64,000 nt of DNA. Source: a candidate division FCPU426 bacterium. GTDB taxonomy: Bacteria > Oederibacteriota > JAAXVQ01 > JAUVAV01. The notes below the pieces were generated by a model, which was not told the DNA's origin, did not search any database, and worked only from the letters and a program-made list of their open reading frames with translations. The position numbers and the translations under genes were made by a program. The stretch spans positions 158,526-222,525 of the forward strand of contig JBFLYH010000002.1 of the NCBI GenBank assembly GCA_040756875.1, written 5' to 3'. Positions 38,784-46,786 of the stretch are shown here, piece by piece; position 1 is the first letter of the stretch, and each line of letters begins with the position of its first letter.

Positions 38784-39737
38784 TTATGAGTGGCTTATGG
38801 TAATAGCCACCCCTCCGGTTTTATGCCCTTCCTCAACATATTTATGTGCTTCGACTATTTTTTCGAGAGGATACGTTTTGTCGATGATGGGTCTGATTTT
38901 TCCCGCTTCGATCAATTGTGTTATAAAATCCAACCGCTTTGAATTTAACTTCAAGGCACCATCATCAATGGATATATACTTTCCTTTTTCAGTTAGCGCC
39001 TTTTTGCAGGCTTCTTTAAGCTTCGAGGTTCTATATTTACCCACCGAGTCCAAAATATAATCATATTTGACATTCGCCGCTAAAGAATCCGTGGTTGTAT
39101 AGTCCATTACATAATCTGCTCCGAGTGATTTAACTAAAGCCAGGTTTTTTCCGCTGCAAACACCCGTTACCTTAGCCCCTAAATATTTCCCATACTGTAT
39201 GGCGATGGTACCCGATGTGCCTGAAGCTCCATAAATTAGTATGCTTTGGCCTTTTTCAATATGACCCATATCCATGTATTGCAGAGCTAAAGAACCGCCG
39301 TACACTGCTGAAGTTGCTTCTTCAAACGATATATTTTTAGGTTTAATAGCCACACACCCCGTAGTGGAATCCGTCTCTTTTATGCAGGTGTACTCGGCAT
39401 ACGCGCCCAAATTAAATCCAGTCATTCCATAGACCTCATCGCCGGGTGAAAACCGCTTGATAGCCCTGCCGACTTTTTTTACTATACCCGAAAATACCAG
39501 ACCTATAATCGGCTTTCGCGGCTTGAAAATACCGATCATTAATCGAAACGGAATGATGATGGGAAAGGGCATTTTGGAGCTTCGTATAAATATATCGCTG
39601 TTGGTTACAGCAGAGGCTTTAATATTTATGAGCAGTTCATTATCTTTAGGCGAAGGTATTTCTACTTCAGCCAGATGAAGCACCTCGGCTGGACCGTATT
39701 GATTGCAAACCACCGCTTTCATTTTATTAACATCCAT
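38784..39737 (-). CDS. NAD(P)-dependent MDR family oxidoreductase (quinone reductase-like)
   Basis: MKAVV...YG..EVL, GAYAEY, ILIYGASG..G, P.ID..YPL...AH.YVE.GH. Confidence 0.9.
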   Translation of the reverse strand: MDVNKMKAVVCNQYGPAEVLHLAEVEIPSPKDNELLINIKASAVTNSDIFIRSSKMPFPIIIPFRLMIGIFKPRKPIIGLVFSGIVKKVGRAIKRFSPGDEVYGMTGFNLGAYAEYTCIKETDSTTGCVAIKPKNISFEEATSAVYGGSLALQYMDMGHIEKGQSILIYGASGTSGTIAIQYGKYLGAKVTGVCSGKNLALVKSLGADYVMDYTTTDSLAANVKYDYILDSVGKYRTSKLKEACKKALTEKGKYISIDDGALKLNSKRLDFITQLIEAGKIRPIIDKTYPLEKIVEAHKYVEEGHKTGGVAITISHS

Positions 39738-39917
39738 ATATGGCTCCTTGGTGCAGGTTTTACGCAGGCCGCAGCAGCGGCGGACCCCACAGGTAGCTGT
39801 TTCGTTAAATAGGTGACTGGCACCATTTATCCGGGCAACATTTTGACATTTAAACTACGTCCCGGTTTTTTTTAAACAACATCCCGGTTTAGTTCCGGTT
39901 TACCGGTTCATTCCGGC

Positions 39918-40670
39918 TCAAAAAGTCGCGGTCACGCCGATCACAGCGTAGTGAATCGCAGCAAAGCTGTAAACCTCCGCATTGTCCCCGCCTCCCTCCA
40001 CAAACCGGTACCCCAGCTTTAAACGCCAATGCTCGTCCGCTTGATATGTCGTGGCCAGCAATACATCCTCAGCGCGGCCTTGGGGCGCAGCCAGGGCTTC
40101 GGCCTCCAGGAGCAAGCCCCAGGGATGGGCAAACGTCCAGTCCGCGCGCAGATAAACCAAAGGGACAAATCCCACGTTCGTTTTGCTCGCCTTGGTGCCG
40201 TTGCCTTCCAAGCTGATCTCCGCATCGCGGATTTTGGCCGTCAAGCCGATATACGCCCGGGCTTGGGGTTCATGCCAGCAACGGTAGCGGTAGGTCAGGC
40301 GGTAGGAGTTAAAGCGGTAGAGCGCTTGCAACCGCGTGCCGGCTGGAAACCGCTGGCCGGCAAAATCGACCGGCGCCGAGATCTCGCCTTCGCCGCGCAA
40401 GCTCAACGGCGCTGCCAGCGCGCCCAGGGCCTGCGTTTCGGTAAAAGCGTAAAACAGCCGGATGCGGTAAAACGGCGACGGGGCGATTGCAAATGCATCT
40501 GACAGGGATATCTGCGTGCCGGTTTCGCCCGGAATGCGCGCAATGTTATATCCGCTATTTACGCGCCCGGTTTCCAGATCGCCTTCCCAGCTGCCGGCCC
40601 AGGCCTGGAGCGGCGCTCCCATCAGCATTCCGCACAAGATGACGATTGCATCCACCTTGATCATCCGCAT
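39918..40670 (-). CDS. Exported, probable outer-membrane beta-barrel protein
   Basis: Signal peptide; alternating beta-strand pattern; C-terminal Phe. Confidence 0.7.
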   Translation of the reverse strand: MRMIKVDAIVILCGMLMGAPLQAWAGSWEGDLETGRVNSGYNIARIPGETGTQISLSDAFAIAPSPFYRIRLFYAFTETQALGALAAPLSLRGEGEISAPVDFAGQRFPAGTRLQALYRFNSYRLTYRYRCWHEPQARAYIGLTAKIRDAEISLEGNGTKASKTNVGFVPLVYLRADWTFAHPWGLLLEAEALAAPQGRAEDVLLATTYQADEHWRLKLGYRFVEGGGDNAEVYSFAAIHYAVIGVTATF

Positions 40671-40821
40671 GGTTCCACCTCGCTTTGCGGGCTGCAACCC
40701 GCAACTCAGGATCATGATTTGTTATAGATTATTAACGTTAGCCCAATGGTTGGCAATGATTTTCCGCGCCACCCGCGCCTATCCGTACGTGCAGCGGAGG
40801 GATTAAAAGTCACTTTAAGCT

Positions 40822-41120
40822 CAGTTGAGTCTTTTCTAACACTCCTCACTCATTTTAAACCTCGAATGAAGTATTTGTAATTGAAGCTGCTCTGATGGGG
40901 ATAAAGGCGAGGGCGTCATCCGGACATTCGAACAACATTCCGGTTCATGTGATTTTAATACTTATATACTTATCTACGTCCCAGTTCACACCACAGTTGA
41001 GTCTTTTCCAACACTACTCACTCATTTTAAACTTCGAATGGAGAATTTATAATTGAAGCTGCTCTGATGGGGATAAAGGCGAGGGCGTCATCCGGACATT
41101 CGAACAACATTCTGGTTCAT
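40822..41120. repeat. 127-bp direct duplication (40822-40948 and 40994-41120)
   Basis: Two near-identical copies with a few substitutions; each ends in the 34-bp repeat. Confidence 0.95.
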
Positions 41121-41157
41121 TAAGTTAATAAGTCAACTCCGGCCCCGATCACCGTCT

Positions 41158-42081
41158 TCATTTGCCTTTTCTACAATCAACTGGTCTTTGTTGAGTTAGG
41201 ATTATTACATCACTTTCATTGTGAAATGAAGTAGTTACCATTTCCATGCGCCATTTTTGATATTCCCGAACTAAAGCTTCAATACCAGGCACCTCATTGA
41301 ATATCACATTTTCTTCGGCACATTTCACAACAAGGCTATTAAGCTCTCCTATTTTATCATCCTTTATTAATCTCATATCATCTGACTCTTTTACTTCATT
41401 ATGCGTCGGATGAATGAATAATGCTGTGCGAGGTGTCAAAGGGCAATAAAAATCGCAATATGGATTGCCTTCCCAATATTTCAGGCATACCGGATTATCG
41501 CTCGTAATAAAAGCCGTGGCCGACTTATTTATGAGGATCAGCCAAGGATATCCAATTAACTTCTGTCGCATTTTATCTAGATTTGATATTCCAAGCGCCT
41601 TAGCGAAATCTCTATCTACATCGACAGTAATTCCACCAGCCTCTCGTATTTTCTCAATAGCATCTTTATATTTAGAGTTGGGATTGAGTAATTCTTTCTG
41701 CTCAATTAAAGTTGCAGTCTGTTTTATTATTTCTGCCAATTGATTTTGGCCGAGTCTGGCCGCCGTGGGTGTATAAACTCTCAAAAAGGCAAGATAGCCA
41801 GCAATTGTTGATTTTAACTGATTATTAAAATTCCCCGTTTCTATCTTCTCAATACAATTTAGCCATTCGGGTTCGAAGTGTTCCAAATAGTCTTCAACAA
41901 TTCGAGGATTCGCCGGATAATAATTATTAGTACTCCAGTGATTTGGGCAACAGATCGTATTAATTGGGATAGAGTCCAATTTCTTTAAATCGCTTTTTCT
42001 TATTATGTTAACGTATCCAACATTACCAGGAATACTAAAACTCCTTAAATACGCTTGGGAAATATAGTGATCTCTAGGCAT
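41158..42081 (-). CDS. DUF4238-like protein
   Basis: N-terminal HYISQAYLR.F and FITSDNPV / PLTP..AL motifs; AT-rich. Confidence 0.8.
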   Translation of the reverse strand: MPRDHYISQAYLRSFSIPGNVGYVNIIRKSDLKKLDSIPINTICCPNHWSTNNYYPANPRIVEDYLEHFEPEWLNCIEKIETGNFNNQLKSTIAGYLAFLRVYTPTAARLGQNQLAEIIKQTATLIEQKELLNPNSKYKDAIEKIREAGGITVDVDRDFAKALGISNLDKMRQKLIGYPWLILINKSATAFITSDNPVCLKYWEGNPYCDFYCPLTPRTALFIHPTHNEVKESDDMRLIKDDKIGELNSLVVKCAEENVIFNEVPGIEALVREYQKWRMEMVTTSFHNESDVIILTQQRPVDCRKGK

Positions 42082-42200
42082 ATTCAGATTCAATCCCGGC
42101 TCTACTGTCAGTTGGTACCAATACCGCTCTTGGGATGAGTACCATCTCCAACATTTGATATCAGGGGGCACAATGCTTATTTAACCAACCTAGTCAGGAA

Positions 42201-43121
42201 TTAAGTATGTTGTCCCCCCGGAATCTGTGTTAAGTAATAAGCCCGTTCATACATAGATTCAACAATACTTCGCAAGCTGGGAAACAATGTATCCCTTGAT
42301 ATATTATGTGACTTAAGATACTCCAATACATCCACAGCAAACTTAATAGGGATCTTGTATTGAGTCATGGCATTAGTAATTCCAACTATTTCCTCATACC
42401 CTTTTCGTTGCGTTTCATCATCGGTATTAGCTAAAAAAGTATTTTTACCTTTCTGCGCGGACAGGTTCGGATTAAGGCTTCCTTGAATTGGAAATATGCT
42501 AACTTTTCCTTCTTCTAAAAGTTGCCTGTCTAATCGACAGACATAGAAAAACTCGGTTTTATGGTTCGCGCGACTTTTTTCAGCCATTTTATTATGTACA
42601 ATGGCATCACTCGCGGCAAAATACAAAGCCACATAAGAATAACTCGACCAATCAAGATATCTCGTCGGTAATCCGTAGTGTTGCGCCAAAGCGAATACTG
42701 CATTCCATGTAGCCTTTGGTTCGGAAAATTTAGGCCAACTTTGAAATCTAAGTTCAATACTTTGTGGGGTATCTGATGTACGTAAACTTAATAAATCATC
42801 GCGAAATCGCGAATCGTCACCAGGCAATGGCACTCCCGCATCATCAGTTAAATGAATAAATCTATTAATAATGCGAAATTCTATGTAATTTTGTTGAACT
42901 TGTGGGTTAAGTTGCGCGTATCTATCTCTTTCTTTTTGAGTATCAAGAATTAAGGGTTTTAATAGTTCAATTTTACTATCCGCGTCAGTTCTTAATGAAG
43001 ACGGAATAAGCTTTTTATCTGTTCCCTGACCCCTATATAGGAACTGATCCGATATCGGAACTTCGGGTTTTAATTTAGTAAAAATAGCTTCAAAAGTATC
43101 AAAATTATCATCTGTAATCAT
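42201..43121 (-). CDS. FRG domain protein
   Basis: LYRGQ, L.PS, AQHYGLPTRYLDWS...VALYFA, N.N..AQ.G, LFP. Confidence 0.9.
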   Translation of the reverse strand: MITDDNFDTFEAIFTKLKPEVPISDQFLYRGQGTDKKLIPSSLRTDADSKIELLKPLILDTQKERDRYAQLNPQVQQNYIEFRIINRFIHLTDDAGVPLPGDDSRFRDDLLSLRTSDTPQSIELRFQSWPKFSEPKATWNAVFALAQHYGLPTRYLDWSSYSYVALYFAASDAIVHNKMAEKSRANHKTEFFYVCRLDRQLLEEGKVSIFPIQGSLNPNLSAQKGKNTFLANTDDETQRKGYEEIVGITNAMTQYKIPIKFAVDVLEYLKSHNISRDTLFPSLRSIVESMYERAYYLTQIPGGQHT

Positions 43122-43239
43122 TTTAATACGCCTCCAACGCCTCTTAAATCGCCTTACTAAGACACGGGACACCATACCTTATCCAAGAATAATAAAAGGT
43201 GATCCAGCATTTTATTTTAAATATATTTCCTACGTCTAC

Positions 43240-43842
43240 CTATTTATCAAGATACCTCTTCATGTCTTTTCGCATTAATAGCGGTATTTTCTCATTCAAT
43301 AATTTAACCTTAATGGAATCGGGATCATCCAATATTACGTTTTGTGCTATTTTATTTTCAATTAGCTTTTTCGACCATTCCGGTGTTTTATCAATTACTT
43401 TTTTCATCGATCTAATATATTCATCAATAGTCTCATATAATTCTTGGGAACATATTATTTTGAGTTTTGAAAAACTATTATTTAATTTGTTTATTAATCT
43501 ATTTGTTTCTATTAATGAGCTCACTAAATAATTTCCACTAAAATCTTCTAAAACCGCCTCAACATTTTCACCTTTTAATATTCGAGAAATCATTCCTGAT
43601 ATTCCTTGCGAACTTTTTTTAGTAGATTCTTCAAGTAGGATATTTATTTCCTCAAACACTCCTAGTGTTTCTGTATATTTTTGATAACGAATGTCAAATG
43701 TTCGTCTCCGCTTCTCTTCTATTTTATTGAACCACCAACTTATAAAAGCGCTCACTACTACACTAATAATCAATGGAACCAATCCACTAGTAATCAATGG
43801 AACCAATATTTCTTTCAATATTTCTGTTGTTTCTTCACTCAT
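43240..43842 (-). CDS. Hypothetical N-terminally anchored helical protein (very AT-rich)
   Basis: One TM segment followed by a coiled/helical region; AGAGG RBS. Confidence 0.7.
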   Translation of the reverse strand: MSEETTEILKEILVPLITSGLVPLIISVVVSAFISWWFNKIEEKRRRTFDIRYQKYTETLGVFEEINILLEESTKKSSQGISGMISRILKGENVEAVLEDFSGNYLVSSLIETNRLINKLNNSFSKLKIICSQELYETIDEYIRSMKKVIDKTPEWSKKLIENKIAQNVILDDPDSIKVKLLNEKIPLLMRKDMKRYLDK

Positions 43843-43943
43843 ACTTATAATACCTCTCTATTTGGGAATATTTATTAGAAGGCTATATTTCTCCCTAACT
43901 TTTTCCCGCATTATACTCCCCTCCCCCTCAATTTCTACCACTA

Positions 43944-44108
43944 ATGGAGCCCCCCGACCGGGTGTTCAGGTCCGGGGCACCGAAGTCGGCCATACGTACT
44001 CATCATGGCCGACCGGCGACATCCCCGTAGCAGATAAGTCCAATATACCTCGGGCATCAACCCCGAGGTCTTCTGCGAAGGGGACCACGTGCACAGCCCT
44101 GCGGAGGG
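43944..44108. other. Structured element B, homologous to the insertion at 13933-14049
   Basis: Shared blocks ATGGAGCCC, GGGCACC, GGCGACATCCCCG.AGCA and GCCCTGCGGAGGG in the same order. Confidence 0.7.
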
Positions 44109-44161
44109 CGTAGGGCAGAGGAGCAGAGCAGCAGAACAGCGGAGCAGGTGATAGGGTTGCA

Positions 44162-44250
44162 GTCATTGCGAGGAGTCCCCAGGGGGGCGACGCGGCAATC
44201 TGATTATGAACGGCAAGATTGCTTCGCACCAATTTCGCGCTCGCAATGAC
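44162..44250. repeat. GTCATTGCGA...GCAATC/GATTGC...TCGCAATGAC palindromic repeat; second copy at 45979-46061
   Basis: Nested inverted repeats; two homologous copies. Confidence 0.8.
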
Positions 44251-44257
44251 ATTTACT

Positions 44258-44371
44258 ATGAGGGGACCTATTGTGCGCGCCAATAAATTCCTTGGGGATT
44301 TCATGTTTCGGCTTAGTTATAAAGAGTTTTCCGCTTTGATATCACGTTTTGTGATATCAAATATAGTTTAG
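44258..44371 (+). pseudogene. ORF6N-domain gene fragment
   Basis: Translates to ...NKFLGDFMFRLSYKEFSALISRFVIS, resembling the ORF6N 'RFP.DFMFQL..EE...L.SQ.VTS' motif; only 37 codons. Confidence 0.6.
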
Positions 44372-44560
44372 GAGCATTTCGGTAGGACAAGCTTTATTGG
44401 TACATCACACGATAAAAATAGACCCTCTCCCCTAGCCTCCTTGGATTTCCACCCTCTCCCTTCCCCTCTCCCCTCAAGGGAGAGGGGATAAAGAGAAGTA
44501 AGGATTAATTGAGTAGGTAATTAGTTCAAGAGAGGATAACCATAGTTACTACTGCGAAAT

Positions 44561-45304
44561 TCAGGCGGTTTTTTTAGGAGTGTTGACGACTACCGGCAGT
44601 TTGCCTTTCCAATCAGCCCACATCTTCGGATTCACCACCAGCTCGCACATCACATGCGCCACGTTGGCCATGTTGGTACTACCTGGCTTGAAAAGGCTAT
44701 CCACCAGACCCTCATGCAAGGAGTACTCCGAGACCTCGCCTTCCAGGAGCGAGTCAGGCCGGACTGCCACCCACTGAATAAAAGCATTATTCTGCCCGAT
44801 CTTTTTGATCAGGAAGTCCGCGGCCTGCTGGTTGTCTTTGGCAGGGGGCAGCACGTTGCAGAGCAGCCAGAGGAACACCCTTTCAAACGAGCCCCGGCGC
44901 GTATCGAGGCGGTTTGGGCGGTTGACCGAAACGCTGCTCATGAGGATAAACTTGACCGGCGCAGGCGGTTTAAGCGCCTCTATGCCCTGGCACAGGTGCT
45001 TCACTGCTTTCGTGACCAGTTTGTGCGGCGGCCCGAAGACCCCTTTAAGGCTGATATTGTGGCCAAGGCAGGAAATAACCGCATCGCAGCCAGCCAAATG
45101 CTGCTGCAGGTCCTTGGGTGGCAGGGAAAGCAGGTCAGCCTCGATCACGGTCAGGTTGGGCTTCCCTACAACCTCAGGTGGAAGCCTTTTGCCTGAGCGC
45201 ACGATGGCGCGGACATTGATGCCGCGATCCAGGAGTTGCTGCAATGCGCGCCGGCCTGTGCGTCCGGTAGCGCCGACCAGAAGAACGGTTTGCTGTGTGG
45301 GCAT
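44561..45304 (-). CDS. NAD(P)H-binding atypical SDR family protein
   Basis: VGATGRTG, DAVISCLG, WVAVRP motifs. Confidence 0.85.
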   Translation of the reverse strand: MPTQQTVLLVGATGRTGRRALQQLLDRGINVRAIVRSGKRLPPEVVGKPNLTVIEADLLSLPPKDLQQHLAGCDAVISCLGHNISLKGVFGPPHKLVTKAVKHLCQGIEALKPPAPVKFILMSSVSVNRPNRLDTRRGSFERVFLWLLCNVLPPAKDNQQAADFLIKKIGQNNAFIQWVAVRPDSLLEGEVSEYSLHEGLVDSLFKPGSTNMANVAHVMCELVVNPKMWADWKGKLPVVVNTPKKTA

Positions 45305-45359
45305 GGCCCACATTATACGTTCCTCTTGTACCAAGGGGGAATATTTTATTGGTAGATTC

Positions 45360-45389
45360 TGTAGGGGCGTTCAATTGAACGCCCCTACA
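45360..45389. repeat. GTAG-type REP-like perfect 30-bp palindrome
   Basis: TGTAGGGGCGTTCAA|TTGAACGCCCCTACA. Confidence 0.8.
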
Positions 45390-45471
45390 AATGATAATAT
45401 TTAATAAAAATAAAAGGGGCGCGGGAAAATCCCGCGTCCCTGGGACACGCTCATGCCCTTTCCAGCCAAGC

Positions 45472-45843
45472 TTATGCCTTCCCTGTTGGCTTGTGCCCTA
45501 GCCTGCCAAAGATAATGGCCGCTGACAGCAAAGCCACAACCAGCCAATAAATAATGGAGCCGATTTCCAAGGGACCGATAAAAACACTTAACCCCGTAAA
45601 AAACAGCATTTCCGTGGTTATAAAGGCCGCGGAAACCGGGGCCAGAACGCCCAGTCTCTTGAATACCGGCAGGATCAGGCCCACACTGGCAAGCAACTCG
45701 ACCACGCCCAGGCCCAGCCAAAACCCATGCGGAAGCACTTGCAAGGCTGGTATCATCTGCTCGGAATTGCCAAACTTCCAAATCGCGCCGGTCAGGGTGT
45801 GAAAAGCCAGCAAGCCTTGCAGAACCCATAATAGGATATTCAT
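45472..45843 (-). CDS. DoxX family membrane protein
   Basis: MNILLWVLQ.LLA, G..K, G.VELL...GLILP; AGGAGG RBS. Confidence 0.85.
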   Translation of the reverse strand: MNILLWVLQGLLAFHTLTGAIWKFGNSEQMIPALQVLPHGFWLGLGVVELLASVGLILPVFKRLGVLAPVSAAFITTEMLFFTGLSVFIGPLEIGSIIYWLVVALLSAAIIFGRLGHKPTGKA

Positions 45844-46094
45844 GGCACCCTCCTGCGACTGATGTCCGTACTTATTAGACACCGTCAAGGCAGAACACGC
45901 CCCCTCCCCTTCATCCCCTCTCACAAAAAATCCAGGGGAGGGGGATAAATGAGAAGGTGTGCAGTTGACGGCATTGCAGTCATTGCGAAGACCGGAGGGA
46001 CGCGGCAATCTGATTTTTCCACGGCGGGATTGCTTCGTCCCCTGCAGGGACTCGCAATGGCAATCAGGAATGCAATCGATGTTTATAATATGGA

Positions 46095-46427
46095 TCAGCG
46101 GTTTTTACGGGCAGCCAGGGCGAAGTGCATGAAGTACTTCCTCCAAGAGGCGTCAATGGCGGGGACTTGCTCGTTGCCAATGTAATCACCCAGGAAGGTT
46201 TCTCGCAGACGGGCAATTTCCTTCAGCCGTTTCGAGTGCTTAGGGTCAACCAGGGTTAATTCGATGAGTTCCAAGGCGCGGTTAAAAGCTTTACGGCTTA
46301 ATTCCGGATTGTTTTTCGTTCGCCAGGAGAGAAACCGCTCCACTTCACTGCCGATATTAGCCATTTGCGCGATCAAGGTCATCTGCTGCCAGCGGCCTAA
46401 AGCGAGTTCCTGGTGCTGAAAGCTCAC
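46095..46427 (-). CDS. Conserved-looking small helical hypothetical protein (H..LA.GRW...QMANIGSEV.R)
   Basis: GTG start overlapping the upstream stop; 110 aa. Confidence 0.75.
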   Translation of the reverse strand: MSFQHQELALGRWQQMTLIAQMANIGSEVERFLSWRTKNNPELSRKAFNRALELIELTLVDPKHSKRLKEIARLRETFLGDYIGNEQVPAIDASWRKYFMHFALAARKNR

Positions 46428-46765
46428 GGTTTAATCCTTTTCGCGACAATATCCAAAATCTTCCGGCGAATGCTTTCGTCTTCCACTCCGCGGCTGGGAT
46501 TACCCTGCCTGGGTCGTATGTTGATCAAAGAATCGAACTCCACTAAGTCCTGGGAAGGCAAAGCAGGATAGAGGTTAATACCCCAGATGTGCTCCTGTTT
46601 AGAACCATCCTCAATTAACAGCGCTTCCAGGTCGGCGTGTAATTCCGCATCCAGAGCGACAAGGTCACGCTGAATATCCACAACCGCTTTTACCATGTCT
46701 CCAAAGGAATGATCGGCCATGATTTGTATTTCGGCAAGCGGTATTGAGGCGGTTACGATAATCAT
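46424..46765 (-). CDS. DUF5674-like protein
   Basis: KAVVDI, ELHADLE..L...GS.Q..IWG.N, FDSLINIRP.QGN motifs. Confidence 0.75.
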   Translation of the reverse strand: MIIVTASIPLAEIQIMADHSFGDMVKAVVDIQRDLVALDAELHADLEALLIEDGSKQEHIWGINLYPALPSQDLVEFDSLINIRPRQGNPSRGVEDESIRRKILDIVAKRIKP

Positions 46766-46786
46766 AAGTATTTCCTTTTGCTAGGT

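Larger units (their letters stand above)
37821..41120. repeat. Dispersed ~34-bp direct repeat at 37821-37854, 38750-38783, 39837-39870, 40915-40948 and 41087-41120, with partial copies
   Basis: Consensus GTCATtttGACATTyrAACAACgTcCCGGTTCAt read directly in five places. Confidence 0.85.

Noticed and set aside
40770-40800. Group II intron domain V fragment (GCACGTACGGAT on the minus strand)
   Set aside because: Only the 3' half of the motif is present; no AGC triad strand and no reverse transcriptase.
37821-41120. CRISPR array interpretation of the 34-bp repeat
   Set aside because: Spacing is ~140-1050 bp and contains whole genes, the repeats are degenerate, and there are no cas genes.
43768-43808. 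Short direct repeat TAATCAATGGAACCAAT x2
   Set aside because: In-frame micro-duplication (LVPLI) within a TM segment; no wider pattern.
43985-44015. Hammerhead ribozyme (UGAUGAG on the minus strand)
   Set aside because: Reads AUGAUGAG inside a simple hairpin loop with no matching GAAA core.
36900-46780. Classical integron (attC sites, intI)
   Set aside because: No RYYYAAC...GTTRRRY palindromic sites recognised between genes and no tyrosine recombinase in the window; an attC covariance search would settle it.
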